Positions 44,701 through 56,106 of a DNA stretch of 64,000 nucleotides are shown piece after piece. The stretch's first letter is position 1. Each line of letters starts with the position of its first letter. This stretch comes from Lingula anatina (lineage: Eukaryota > Animalia > Brachiopoda). The position numbers and the translations under genes are program-made. Below the pieces are notes generated by a model. It was not told where the DNA came from. It worked only from the letters and a program-made list of their open reading frames with translations, and searched no databases. Where the stretch lies: contig JBPQGU010000016.1 of assembly GCA_051362555.1 (NCBI GenBank), positions 4,464,001 through 4,528,000 of the forward strand, read 5' to 3'.

Positions 44701-47700
44701 ACCACCACTCTTCCAGCACTTTATTCTTACTACAAATGACCGAACACACCTACCTGACACTATAATGAAGAAAAAAAATTTTCATCCCTACCTGGCCAAA
44801 ATTGAAGAAATCTCACAGTGCCGGCACTGTTCAAAATCACTCAAAATCACCAAAAATCGACCCGTCTCCGATTTTTCCAAAAAGTGACGAAAATCAATCT
44901 ACCACACCTGTCATTCATAAAAAATGTGGAAACGCGCCCGGGTCACTTCATCAAGGCCCCCAATTCTAGCTTTAAAGATGATCCAAAAATAAGCTCTGAG
45001 AACAGAATCTGAGAGGGGGGGGGACAGAGTTTTTGCTCTATTTCTTCCTTAATGTTGACACCACCACTCTTCCAGCACTTTATTCTTACTACAAATGACC
45101 GAACACACCTACCTGACACTATAATGAAGAAAAAAAATTTTCATCCCAACCTGGCCAAAATTGAAGAAATCTCACAGTGCCGGCACTGTTCAAAATCACT
45201 CAAAATCACCAAAAATCGACCCGTCTCCGATTTTTCCAAAAAGTGACGAAAATCAATCTACCACACCTGTCATTCATAAAAAATGTGGAAACGCGCCCGG
45301 GTCACTTCATCAAGGCCCCCAATTCTAGCTTTAAAGATGATCCAAAAATAAGCTCTGAGAACAGAATCTGAGAGGGGGGGGGACAGAGTTTTTGCTCTAT
45401 TTCTTCCTTAATGTTGACACCACCACTCTTCCAGCACTTTATTCTTACTACAAATGACCGAACACACCTACCTGACACTATAATGAAGAAAAAAAATTTT
45501 CATCCCTACCTGGCCAAAATTGAAGAAATCTCACAGTGCCGGCACTGTTCAAAATCACTCAAAATCACCAAAAATCGACCCGTCTCCGATTTTTCCAAAA
45601 AGTGACGAAAATCAATCTACCACACCTGTCATTCATAAAAAATGTGGAAACGCGCCCGGGTCACTTCATCAAGGCCCCCAATTCTAGCTTTAAAGATGAT
45701 CCAAAAATAAGCTCTGAGAACAGAATCTGAGAGGGGGGGGACAGAGTTTTTGCTCTATTTCTTCCTTAATGTTGACACCACCACTCTTCCAGCACTTTAT
45801 TCTTACTACAAATGACCGAACACACCTACCTGACACTATAATGAAGAAAAAAAATTTTCATCCCTACCTGGCCAAAATTGAAGAAATCTCACAGTGCCGG
45901 CACTGTTCAAAATCACTCAAAATCACCAAAAATCGACCCGTCTCCGATTTTTCCAAAAAGTGACGAAAATCAATCTACCACACCTGTCATTCATAAAAAA
46001 TGTGGAAACGCGCCCGGGTCACTTCATCAAGGCCCCCAATTCTAGCTTTAAAGATGATCCAAAAATAAGCTCTGAGAACAGAATCTGAGAGGGGGGGGGA
46101 CAGAGTTTTTGCTCTATTTCTTCCTTAATGTTGACACCACCACTCTTCCAGCACTTTATTCTTACTACAAATGACCGAACACACCTACCTGACACTATAA
46201 TGAAGAAAAAAAATTTTCATCCCTACCTGGCCAAAATTGAAGAAATCTCACAGTGCCGGCACTGTTCAAAATCACTCAAAATCACCAAAAATCGACCCGT
46301 CTCCGATTTTTCCAAAAAGTGACGAAAATCAATCTACCACACCTGTCATTCATAAAAAATGTGGAAACGCGCCCGGGTCACTTCATCAAGGCCCCCAATT
46401 CTAGCTTTAAAGATGATCCAAAAACAAGCTCTGAGAACAGAATCTGAGAGGGGGGGGGACAGAGTTTTTGCTCTATTTCTTCCTTAATGTTGACACCACC
46501 ACTCTTCCAGCACTTTATTCTTACTACAAATGACCGAACACACCTACCTGACACTATAATGAAGAAAAAAAATTTTCATCCCTACCTGACCAAAATTGAA
46601 GAAATCTCACAGTGCCGGCACTGTTTAAAATCACTCAAAATCACCAAAAATCGACCCGTCTCCGATTTTTCCAAAAAGTGACGAAAATCAATCTACCACA
46701 CCTGTCATTCATAAAAAATGTGGAAACGCGCCCGGGTCACTTCATCAAGGCCCCCAATTCTAGCTTTAAAGATGATCCAAAAATAAGCTCTGAGAACAGA
46801 ATCTGAGAGGGGGGGGGGGACAGAGTTTTTGCTCTATTTCTTCCTTAATGTTGACACCACCACTCTTCCAGCACTTTATTCTTACTACAAATGACCGAAC
46901 ACACCTACCTGACACTATAATGAAGAAAAAAATTTTTCATCCCTACCTGGCCAAAATTGAAGAAATCTCACAGTGCCGGCACTGTTCAAAATCACTCAAA
47001 ATCACCAAAAATCGACCCGTCTCCGATTTTTCCAAAAAGTGACGAAAATCAATCTACCACACCTGTCATTCATAAAAAATGTGGAAACGCGCCCGGGTCA
47101 CTTCATCAAGGCCCCCAATTCTAGCTTTAAAGATGATCCAAAAATAAGCTCTGAGAACAGAATCTGAGGGGGGGGGGACAGAGTTTTTGTTCTATTTCTT
47201 CCTTAATGTTGACACCACCACTCTTCCAGCACTTTATTCTTACTACAAATGACCGAACACACCTACCTGACACTATAATGAAGAAAAAAAATTTTCATCC
47301 CTACCTGGCCAAAATTGAAGAAATCTCACAGTGCCGGCACTGTTCAAAATCACTCAAAATCACCAAAAATCGACCCGTCTCCGATTTTTCCAAAAAGTGA
47401 CGAAAATCAATCTACCACACCTGTCATTCATAAAAAATGTGGAAACGCGCCCGGGTCACTTCATCAAGGCCCCCAATTCTAGCTTTAAAGATGATCCAAA
47501 AATAAGCTCTGAGAACAGAATCTGAGAGGGGGGGGGGACAGAGTTTTTGCTCTATTTCTTCCTTAATGTTGACACCACCACTCTTCCAGCACTTTATTCT
47601 TACTACAAATGACCGAACACACCTACCTGACACTATAATGAAGAAAAAAAATTTTCATCCCTACCTGGCCAAAATTGAAGAAATCTCACAGTGCCGGCAC

Positions 47701-50700
47701 TGTTCAAAATCACTCAAAATCACCAAAAATCGACCCGTCTCCGATTTTTCCAAAAAGTGACGAAAATCAATCTACCACACCTGTCATTCATAAAAAATGT
47801 GGAAACGCGCCCGGGTCACTTCATCAAGGCCCCCAATTCTAGCTTTAAAGATGATCCAAAAATAAGCTCTGAGAACAGAATCTGAGAGGGGGGGGGGGGG
47901 ACAGAGTTTTTGCTCTATTTCTTCCTTAATGTTGACACCACCACTCTTCCAGCACTTTATTCTTACTACAAATGACCGAACACACCTACCTGACACTATA
48001 ATGAAGAAAAAAAATTTTCATCCCTACCTGGCCAAAATTGAAGAAATCTCACAGTGCCGGCACTGTTCAAAATCACTCAAAATCACCAAAAATCGACCCG
48101 TCTCCGATTTTTCCAAAAAGTGACGAAAATCAATCTACCACACCTGTCATTCATAAAAAATGTGGAAACGCGCCCGGGTCACTTCATCAAGGCCCCCAAT
48201 TCTAGCTTTAAAGATGATCCAAAAATAAGCTCTGAGAACAGAATCTGAGAGGGGGGGGGGGACAGAGTTTTTGCTCTATTTCTTCCTTAATGTTGACACC
48301 ACCACTCTTCCAGCACTTTATTCTTACTACAAATGACCGAACACACCTACCTGACACTATAATGAAGAAAAAAAATTTTCATCCCTACCTGGCCAAAATT
48401 GAAGAAATCTCACAGTGCCGGCACTGTTCAAAATCACTCAAAATCACCAAAAATCGACCCGTCTCCGATTTTTCCAAAAAGTGACGAAAATCAATCTACC
48501 ACACCTGTCATTCATAAAAAATGTGGAAACGCGCCCGGGTCACTTCATCAAGGCCCCCAATTCTAGCTTTAAAGATGATCCAAAAATAAGCTCTGAGAAC
48601 AGAATCTGAGAGGGGGGGGGGGACAGAGTTTTTGCTCTATTTCTTCCTTAATGTTGACACCACCACTCTTCTAGCACTTTATTCTTACTACAAATGACCG
48701 AACACACCTACCTGACACTATAATGAAGAAAAAAAATTTTCATCCCTACCTGGCCAAAATTGAAGAAATCTCACAGTGCCGGCACTGTTCAAAATCACTC
48801 AAAATCACCAAAAATCGACCCGTCTCCGATTTTTCCAAAAAGTGACGAAAATCAATCTACCACACCTGTCATTCATAAAAAATGTGGAAACGCGCCCGGG
48901 TCACTTCATCAAGGCCCCCAATTCTAGCTTTAAAGATGATCCAAAAATAAGCTCTGAGAACAGAATCTGAGAGGGGGGGGGGGGACAGAGTTTTTGCTCT
49001 ATTTCTTCCTTAATGTTGACACCACCACTCTTCCAGCACTTTATTCTTACTACAAATGACCGAACACACCTACCTGACACTATAATGAAGAAAAAAATTT
49101 TTCATCCCTACCTGGCCAAAATTGAAGAAATCTCACAGTGCCGGCACTGTTCAAAATCACTCAAAATCACCAAAAATCGACCCGTCTCCGATTTTTCCAA
49201 AAAGTGACGAAAATCAATCTACCACACCTGTCATTCATAAAAAATGTGGAAACGCGCCCGGGTCACTTCATCAAGGCCCCCAATTCTAGCTTTAAAGATG
49301 ATCCAAAAATAAGCTCTGAGAACAGAATCTGAGAGGGGGGGGGGACAGAGTTTTTGCTCTATTTCTTCCTTAATGTTGACACCACCACTCTTCCAGCACT
49401 TTATTCTTACTACAAATGACCGAACACACCTACCTGACACTATAATGAAGAAAAAAAATTTTCATCCCTACCTAGCCAAAATTGAAGAAATCTCACAGTG
49501 CCGGCACTGTTCAAAATCACTCAAAATCACCAAAAATCGACCCGTCTCCGATTTTTCCAAAAAGTGACGAAAATCAATCTACCATACCTGTCATTCATAA
49601 AAAATGTGGAAACGCGCCCGGGTCACTTCATCAAGGCCCCCAATTCTAGCTTTAAAGATGATCCAAAAATAAGCTCTGAGAACAGAATCTGAGAGGGGGG
49701 GGGGGGACAGAGTTTTTGCTCTATTTCTTCCTTAATGTTGACACCACCACTCTTCCAGCACTTTATTCTTACTACAAATGACCGAACACACCTACCTGAC
49801 ACTATAATGAAGAAAAAAATTTTTCATCCCTACCTGGCCAAAATTGAAGAAATCTCACAGTGCCGGCACTGTTCAAAATCACTCAAAATCACCAAAAATC
49901 GACCCGTCTCCGATTTTTCCAAAAAGTGACGAAAATCAATCTACCACACCTGTCATTCATAAAAAATGTGGAAACGCGCCCGGGTCACTTCATCAAGGCC
50001 CCCAATTCTAGCTTTAAAGATGATCCAAAAATAAGCTCTGAGAACAGAATCTGAGAGGGGGGGGGGACAGAGTTTTTGTTCTATTTCTTCCTTAATGTTG
50101 ACACCACCACTCTTCCAGCACTTTATTCTTACTACAAATGACCGAACACACCTACCTGACACTATAATGAAGAAAAAAAATTTTCATCCCTACCTGGCCA
50201 AAATTGAAGAAATCTCACAGTGCCGGCACTGTTCAAAATCACTCAAAATCACCAAAAATCGACCCGTCTCCGATTTTTCCAAAAAGTGACGAAAATCAAT
50301 CTACCACACCTGTCATTCATAAAAAATGTGGAAACGCGCCCGGGTCACTTCATCAAGGCCCCCAATTCTAGCTTTAAAGATGATCCAAAAATAAGCTCTG
50401 AGAACAGAATCTGAGAGGGGGGGGGGACAGAGTTTTTGCTCTATTTCTTCCTTAATGTTGACACCACCACTCTTCCAGCACTTTATTCTTACTACAAATG
50501 ACCGAACACACCTACCTGACACTATAATGAAGAAAAAAAATTTTCATCCCTACCTAGCCAAAATTGAAGAAATCTCACAGTGCCGGCACTGTTCAAAATC
50601 ACTCAAAATCACCAAAAATCGACCCGTCTCCGATTTTTCCAAAAAGTGACGAAAATCAATCTACCATACCTGTCATTCATAAAAAATGTGGAAACGCGCC

Positions 50701-53465
50701 CGGGTCACTTCATCAAGGCCCCCAATTCTAGCTTTAAAGATGATCCAAAAATAAGCTCTGAGAACAGAATCTGAGAGGGGGGGGGGACAGAGTTTTTGCT
50801 CTATTTCTTCCTTAATGTTGACACCACCACTCTTCCAGCACTTTATTCTTACTACAAATGACCGAACACACCTACCTGACACTATAATGAAGAAAAAAAT
50901 TTTTCATCCCTACCTGGCCAAAATTGAAGAAATCTCACAGTGCCGGCACTGTTCAAAATCACTCAAAATCACCAAAAATCGACCCGTCTCCGATTTTTCC
51001 AAAAAGTGACGAAAATCAATCTACCACACCTGTCATTCATAAAAAATGTGGAAACGCGCCCGGGTCACTTCATCAAGGCCCCCAATTCTAGCTTTAAAGA
51101 TGATCCAAAAATAAGCTCTGAGAACAGAATCTGAGAGGGGGGGGGGACAGAGTTTTTGCTCTATTTCTTCCTTAATGTTGACACCACCACTCTTCCAGCA
51201 CTTTATTCTTACTACAAATGACCGAACACACCTACCTGACACTATAATGAAGAAAAAAAATTTTCATCCCTACCTGGCCAAAATTGAAGAAATCTCACAG
51301 TGCCGGCACTGTTCAAAATCACTCAAAATCACCAAAAATCGACCCGTCTCCGATTTTTCCAAAAAGTGACGAAAATCAATCTACCACACCTGTCATTCAT
51401 AAAAAATGTGGAAACGCGCCCGGGTCACTTCATCAAGGCCCCCAATTCTAGCTTTAAAGATGATCCAAAAATAAGCTCTGAGAACAGAATCTGAGAGGGG
51501 GGGGGGACAGAGTTTTTGCTCTATTTCTTCCTTAATGTTGACACCACCACTCTTCCAGCACTTTATTCTTACTACAAATGACCGAACACACCTACCTGAC
51601 ACTATAATGAAGAAAAAAAATTTTCATCCCTACCTGGCCAAAATTGAAGAAATCTCACAGTGCCGGCACTGTTCAAAATCACTCAAAATCACCAAAAATC
51701 GACCCGTCTCCGATTTTTCCAAAAAGTGACGAAAATCAATCTACCACACCTGTCATTCATAAAAAATGTGGAAACGCGCCCGGGTCACTTCATCAAGGCC
51801 CCCAATTCTAGCTTTAAAGATGATCCAAAAATAAGCTCTGAGAACAGAATCTGAGAGGGGGGGGGGGACAGAGTTTTTTCTCTATTTCTTCCTTAATGTT
51901 GACACCACCACTCTTCCAGCACTTTATTCTTACTACAAATGACCGAACACACCTACCTGACACTATAATGAAGAAAAAAAATTTTCATCCCTACCTGGCC
52001 AAAATTGAAGAAATCTCACAGTGCCGGCACTGTTCAAAATCACTCAAAATCACCAAAAATCGACCCGTCTCCGATTTTTCCAAAAAGTGACGAAAATCAA
52101 TCTACCACACCTGTCATTCATAAAAAATGTGGAAACGCGCCCGGGTCACTTCATCAAGGCCCCCAATTCTAGCTTTAAAGATGATCTAAAAATAAGCTCT
52201 GAGAACAGAATCTGAGAGGGGGGGGACAGAGTTTTTGCTCTATTTCTTCCTTAATGTTGACACCACCACTCTTCCAGCACTTTATTCTTACTACAAATGA
52301 CCGAACACACCTACCTGACACTATAATGAAGAAAAAAAATTTTCATCCCAACCTGGCCAAAATTGAAGAAATCTCACAGTGCCGGCACTGTTCAAAATCA
52401 CTCAAAATCACCAAAAATCGACCCGTCTCCGATTTTTCCAAAAAGTGACGAAAATCAATCTACCACACCTGTCATTCATAAAAAATGTGGAAACGCGCCC
52501 GGGTCACTTCATCAAGGCCCCCAATTCTAGCTTTAAAGATGATCCAAAAATAAGCTCTGAGAACAGAATCTGAGAGGGGGGGGGACAGAGTTTTTGCTCT
52601 ATTTCTTCCTTAATGTTGACACCACCACTCTTCCAGCACTTTATTCTTACTACAAATGACCGAACACACCTACCTGACACTATAATGAAGAAAAAAAATT
52701 TTCATCCCTACCTGGCCAAAATTGAAGAAATCTCACAGTGCCGGCACTGTTCAAAATATCTCAAAATCACCAAAAATCGACCCGTCTCCGATTTTTCCAA
52801 AAAGTGACGAAAATCAATCTACCACACCTGTCATTCATAAAAAATGTGGAAACGCGCCCGGGTCACTTCATCAAGGCCCCCAATTCTAGCTTTAAAGATG
52901 ATCCAAAAATAAGCTCTGAGAACAGAATCTGAGAGGGGGGGGGACAGAGTTTTTGCTCTATTTCTTCCTTAATGTTGACACCACCACTCTTCCAGCACTT
53001 TATTCTTACTACAAATGACCGAACACACCTACCTGACACTATAATGAAGAAAAAAAATTTTAATCCCTACCTGGCCAAAATTGAAGAAATCTCACAGTGC
53101 CGGCACTGTTCAAAATCACTCAAAATCACCAAAAATTGACCCGTCTCCGATTTTTCCAAAAAGTGACGAAAATCAATCTACCACACCTGTCATTCATAAA
53201 AAATGTGGAAACGCGCCCGGGTCACTTCATCAAGGCCCCCAATTCTAGCTTTAAAGATGATCCAAAAATAAGCTCTGAGAACAGAATCTGACAGGGGGGG
53301 GGGGGGGGGACAGAGTTTTTGCTCTATTTCTTCCTTAATGTTGACACCACCACTCTTCCAGCACTTTATTCTTACTACAAATGACCGAACACACCTACCT
53401 GACACTATAATGAAGAAAAAAAATTTTCATCCCTACCTGGCCAAAATTGAAGAAATCTCACAGTG

Positions 53466-53469
53466 CCGG
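53466..53469. other. Left target-site duplication CCGG
   Basis: CAGTG-CCGG-TGTACC; the same tetramer recurs at 56103-56106. Confidence 0.93.
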
Positions 53470-53600
53470 TGTACCATGAAAATCTGACTCCCCTAAAATG
53501 TGACTCCCCAGTCAGATTTTCATTATGAAAATGTGACTCCCCAGTCAGATTTTCATAATGAAAATGTGACTCCCCCTATGAAATTTTGACTCCCCCCCCA
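53470..53600 (+). repeat. Left terminal inverted repeat, high-identity part (~130 bp)
   Basis: It aligns by eye with few differences to the reverse complement of ~55972-56102. It is built from ATGAAAAT(C/G)TGACTCCCC motifs. Confidence 0.9.
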
Positions 53601-54119
53601 AAAAAAAAAAATTCTTTAATCTCATTTTATTTGAGTAAATGACTATGATTTTGTAGTATTATAATGGATGATACATTGGCACTTATTTGTAGTTTGCAGG
53701 TGAAAATTTTCATTACAAAAAAGAAAAATTAAAAATGTGCACATAATGAAAATGTGGTTCCCCTATGAAAATTTGACTCCCCTACAAAAAAACATTCATT
53801 AATCTCTAATTAATTTAGAAAATGACTATGATTTTGTAGTATGCATAATGGATGATACATTGGCACTTTTTTGTAGTTTGCAGGTGAAATTTTTCAAAAA
53901 AAAAAAAGAAAAATTAAAATTTTCACATAATGAAAATCTGACTCCCCCATGAAAATTTGACTCCCCCTCCACAAAACTTCATTATTCTTATTTTATTTTG
54001 AGTATATGACTGTGATCTTGTAGTATGGAAAATGGATGATACATTGGCACATTTTTTGTAGTTTGCAGTGAAAATTTTAATGAAAAAATGAGAAAATTGA
54101 AAATGTGATATGACTGTGA
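53558..54119 (-). repeat. Left-arm subterminal tandem repeat, ~184-bp unit, about 3 copies, inverted relative to the right arm
   Basis: The anchor TTGTAGTA occurs at 53651, 53834 and 54018 (spacing 183 and 184). The unit is the reverse complement of the right-arm unit. Confidence 0.85.
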
Positions 54120-54745
54120 CATGCTTGGTGGTAGCTTAATCATATGTCGTAGCTTAAAGGAAAAAAAATATTAAATATGAAACATTTGATTTGTAAGATG
54201 GGTCGTCAAAGTCCTTTGGGCGCAAGAATGCATACTTATTATCCTTTTTGCTTAATTAACCCCCATCTTTCATCCAGCTTTGGGGAAAATAATGGGAAAA
54301 CAAAAGGAAGTGTTTTGCTGGGTATGCCATATAGGAAGAATTAAATCAAAAAGGCGATGGGGCCAATTTCTTGTCTTAAAAATGTAGTGTTTTGAAATGG
54401 GAGTGCAAAACCTACAAGAATAAAGATGGATACTTGTTTTTTAAATATTGACCAAAATTTTCATCATCAAACTTTCAAATAATGACAAAATATCCATCTC
54501 TATGTAAACAATGTGGAAAACAGTGGTATGGTCACTGAATACAAAATAGGTCCTTTTCTCCATGGGAGTCCAAATCTCATGGGTGTAAAAATAAAGATTT
54601 TCATGATTTCTTTTTAATGCTTTCACTATTTTATCAACAAACCTTTAAATATTTCCAATATATTTTTCATAAAGTATCCTAAAAGAAAAGGTGTTGAAAT
54701 GATCATTGAATATTAAATAACATAGGGGAGACAATAGGCGATTAA
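54120..54745. other. Unique AT-rich non-repetitive core of the inserted element
   Basis: This is the only non-repetitive stretch in the window. It contains just one 61-aa minus-strand ORF with no recognisable motif. Confidence 0.7.
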
Positions 54746-56012
54746 GTGGACATTTTTAATTTTCTTATTTTTTCATGAAAATTTTCATCTGCAAATTACA
54801 AAAAAGCACCAATTTATCCTCCATTTCACATACTACAAGATCACAGTCACATACTCAAAATAAAATAAGATTTATGAAGTTTTGTGGAGGGGGAGTCATA
54901 TTTTCATGGGGGAGTCAGATTTTCATTATTTGCTCATTTTTTAATTTTCTTACTTTTTCACATAATTTTTCACCTGCAAACTACAACAAATGTGCCAATC
55001 TATCCTCCTTTTTACATACTACAAGATCACAGACATATACTCAAAATAAAATAAGATTTATGAAGTTTTGTGGAGGGGGAGTCAAATTTTCATGGAGGAG
55101 TCAGATTTTCACTATGTGCACATTTTTAATTTTCTTATTCTTTCATTAAAATTTTTACTGCAAACTACAAAAAATGTGCCAATGTATTAAGTATTTTACT
55201 TACTACAAGATCACAGTCATATACCCAAAATAAGATAAGATTTATGAAGTTTTATGATGGGGGAGTCACATTTTCATGGGGGAGTCACATTTTCATTACA
55301 TGCTCATTTTTCATTTTCTTATTTTTTCATTAAAATTTTCACCTTCGAACTACAAAAAATGTGCCAATGTATCCTCCATTTTACATTCTACAAGATCACA
55401 GACATATACTCAAAATAAAGAAAGTTTTATGAAGTTTTATGATGGGGGAGTTCAATTTTCACAGGGGAATCAAATTTTCCTTTTGTGCACATTTTAATTT
55501 TCTTTATTTTTCATTAAAATTTCACCTGCAAACTACAAAAAATGTGCCAATGTATCCTCCATTTTACATACTACAAGATCACAGACATATACCCAAAATA
55601 AAATAAGATTTATAAAGTTTTATGATAGGGGAGTCAGATTTTCATTATGTGCTCATTTTTAATTTTCTTATTTTTTCATTAAAATTTTCACTGCAAACTA
55701 CAAAAAATGTGCCAATCTATCCTCCTTTTTACATACAACAAGATTACAGTCATATACCCAAAATAAAATAAAATTTATGAAGTTTTTTTATAGGGGAATC
55801 AAATTTTCATAGAGGAGTCAGATTTTCATTATGTGCATATTTTTAATTTTCTAATTTTTTCATTAAAATTTTCAGTGCAAACTACAAAAAATGTGCCAAC
55901 GTATCATCCATTTTACATACTACAAGATCACAGTCATATACTCAAATAAAATAAGATGTATGAAGTTTTGTGGAGGGGGAGTCAAATTTTCATGGGGGGA
56001 GTCAGATTTTCA
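54746..56012 (+). repeat. Right-arm subterminal tandem repeat, ~185-bp unit, 7 copies
   Basis: The anchor ACAAGAT occurs at 54835, 55021, 55205, 55390, 55573, 55738 and 55922 (spacing 186, 184, 185, 183, 165, 184). Confidence 0.9.
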
Positions 56013-56102
56013 TTATGAAAATCTGACTGGGGAGTCACATTTTCATAATGAAAATCTGACTGGGGAGTCACATTTTCATGGGAGTCAGATTTTCATGTTA
56101 CA
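55972..56102 (-). repeat. Right terminal inverted repeat, high-identity part (~130 bp)
   Basis: Reverse complement of 53470-53600, ending ...GGGAGTCAGATTTTCATGTTACA. Confidence 0.9.
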
Positions 56103-56106
56103 CCGG
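56103..56106. other. Right target-site duplication CCGG
   Basis: GTTACA-CCGG-CACTGT. Confidence 0.93.

Larger units (their letters stand above)
1..53469 (+). repeat. Tandem satellite array, ~360-bp monomer, about 148 copies (continues beyond the left edge)
   Basis: The same unit (...CACAGTGCCGGCACTGTTCAAAATCACTCAAAATCACCAAAAATCGACCCG...CTGAGA(G)nACAGAGTTTTTGCTC...) recurs head-to-tail. Equivalent ORF starts in the track are spaced about 358-370 bp apart. Copies differ by a few substitutions and by poly-G length. Confidence 0.99.
53470..56102. mobile_element. Non-autonomous TIR DNA transposon, 2633 bp, probable Ginger1 superfamily
   Basis: The left end is TGTACCATGAAAATCTGACTCCC and the reverse complement of the right end is TGTAACATGAAAATCTGACTCCC. 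CCGG flanks both sides (53466-53469 and 56103-56106), whereas empty monomers have a single CCGG at this site. TGT termini with a CCGG-specific 4-bp TSD are the described Ginger1 hallmarks. No transposase ORF is present. Confidence 0.85.

Noticed and set aside
53476-53600. CRISPR-like array of 33-bp palindromic repeats
   Set aside because: The repeats abut with no unique spacers, no cas genes are present, and the context is eukaryotic satellite.
54441-54626. 61-aa minus-strand ORF in the element core
   Set aside because: It is short, has a non-ATG start and shows no recognisable similarity, so it cannot be supported as a CDS.
53470-56102. Solo LTR or LTR retrotransposon (TG...CA ends, 4-bp TSD)
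   Set aside because: The ends are long inverted repeats of hundreds of bp rather than direct repeats. No PBS, PPT or gag/pol is visible, so a TIR DNA transposon fits better.
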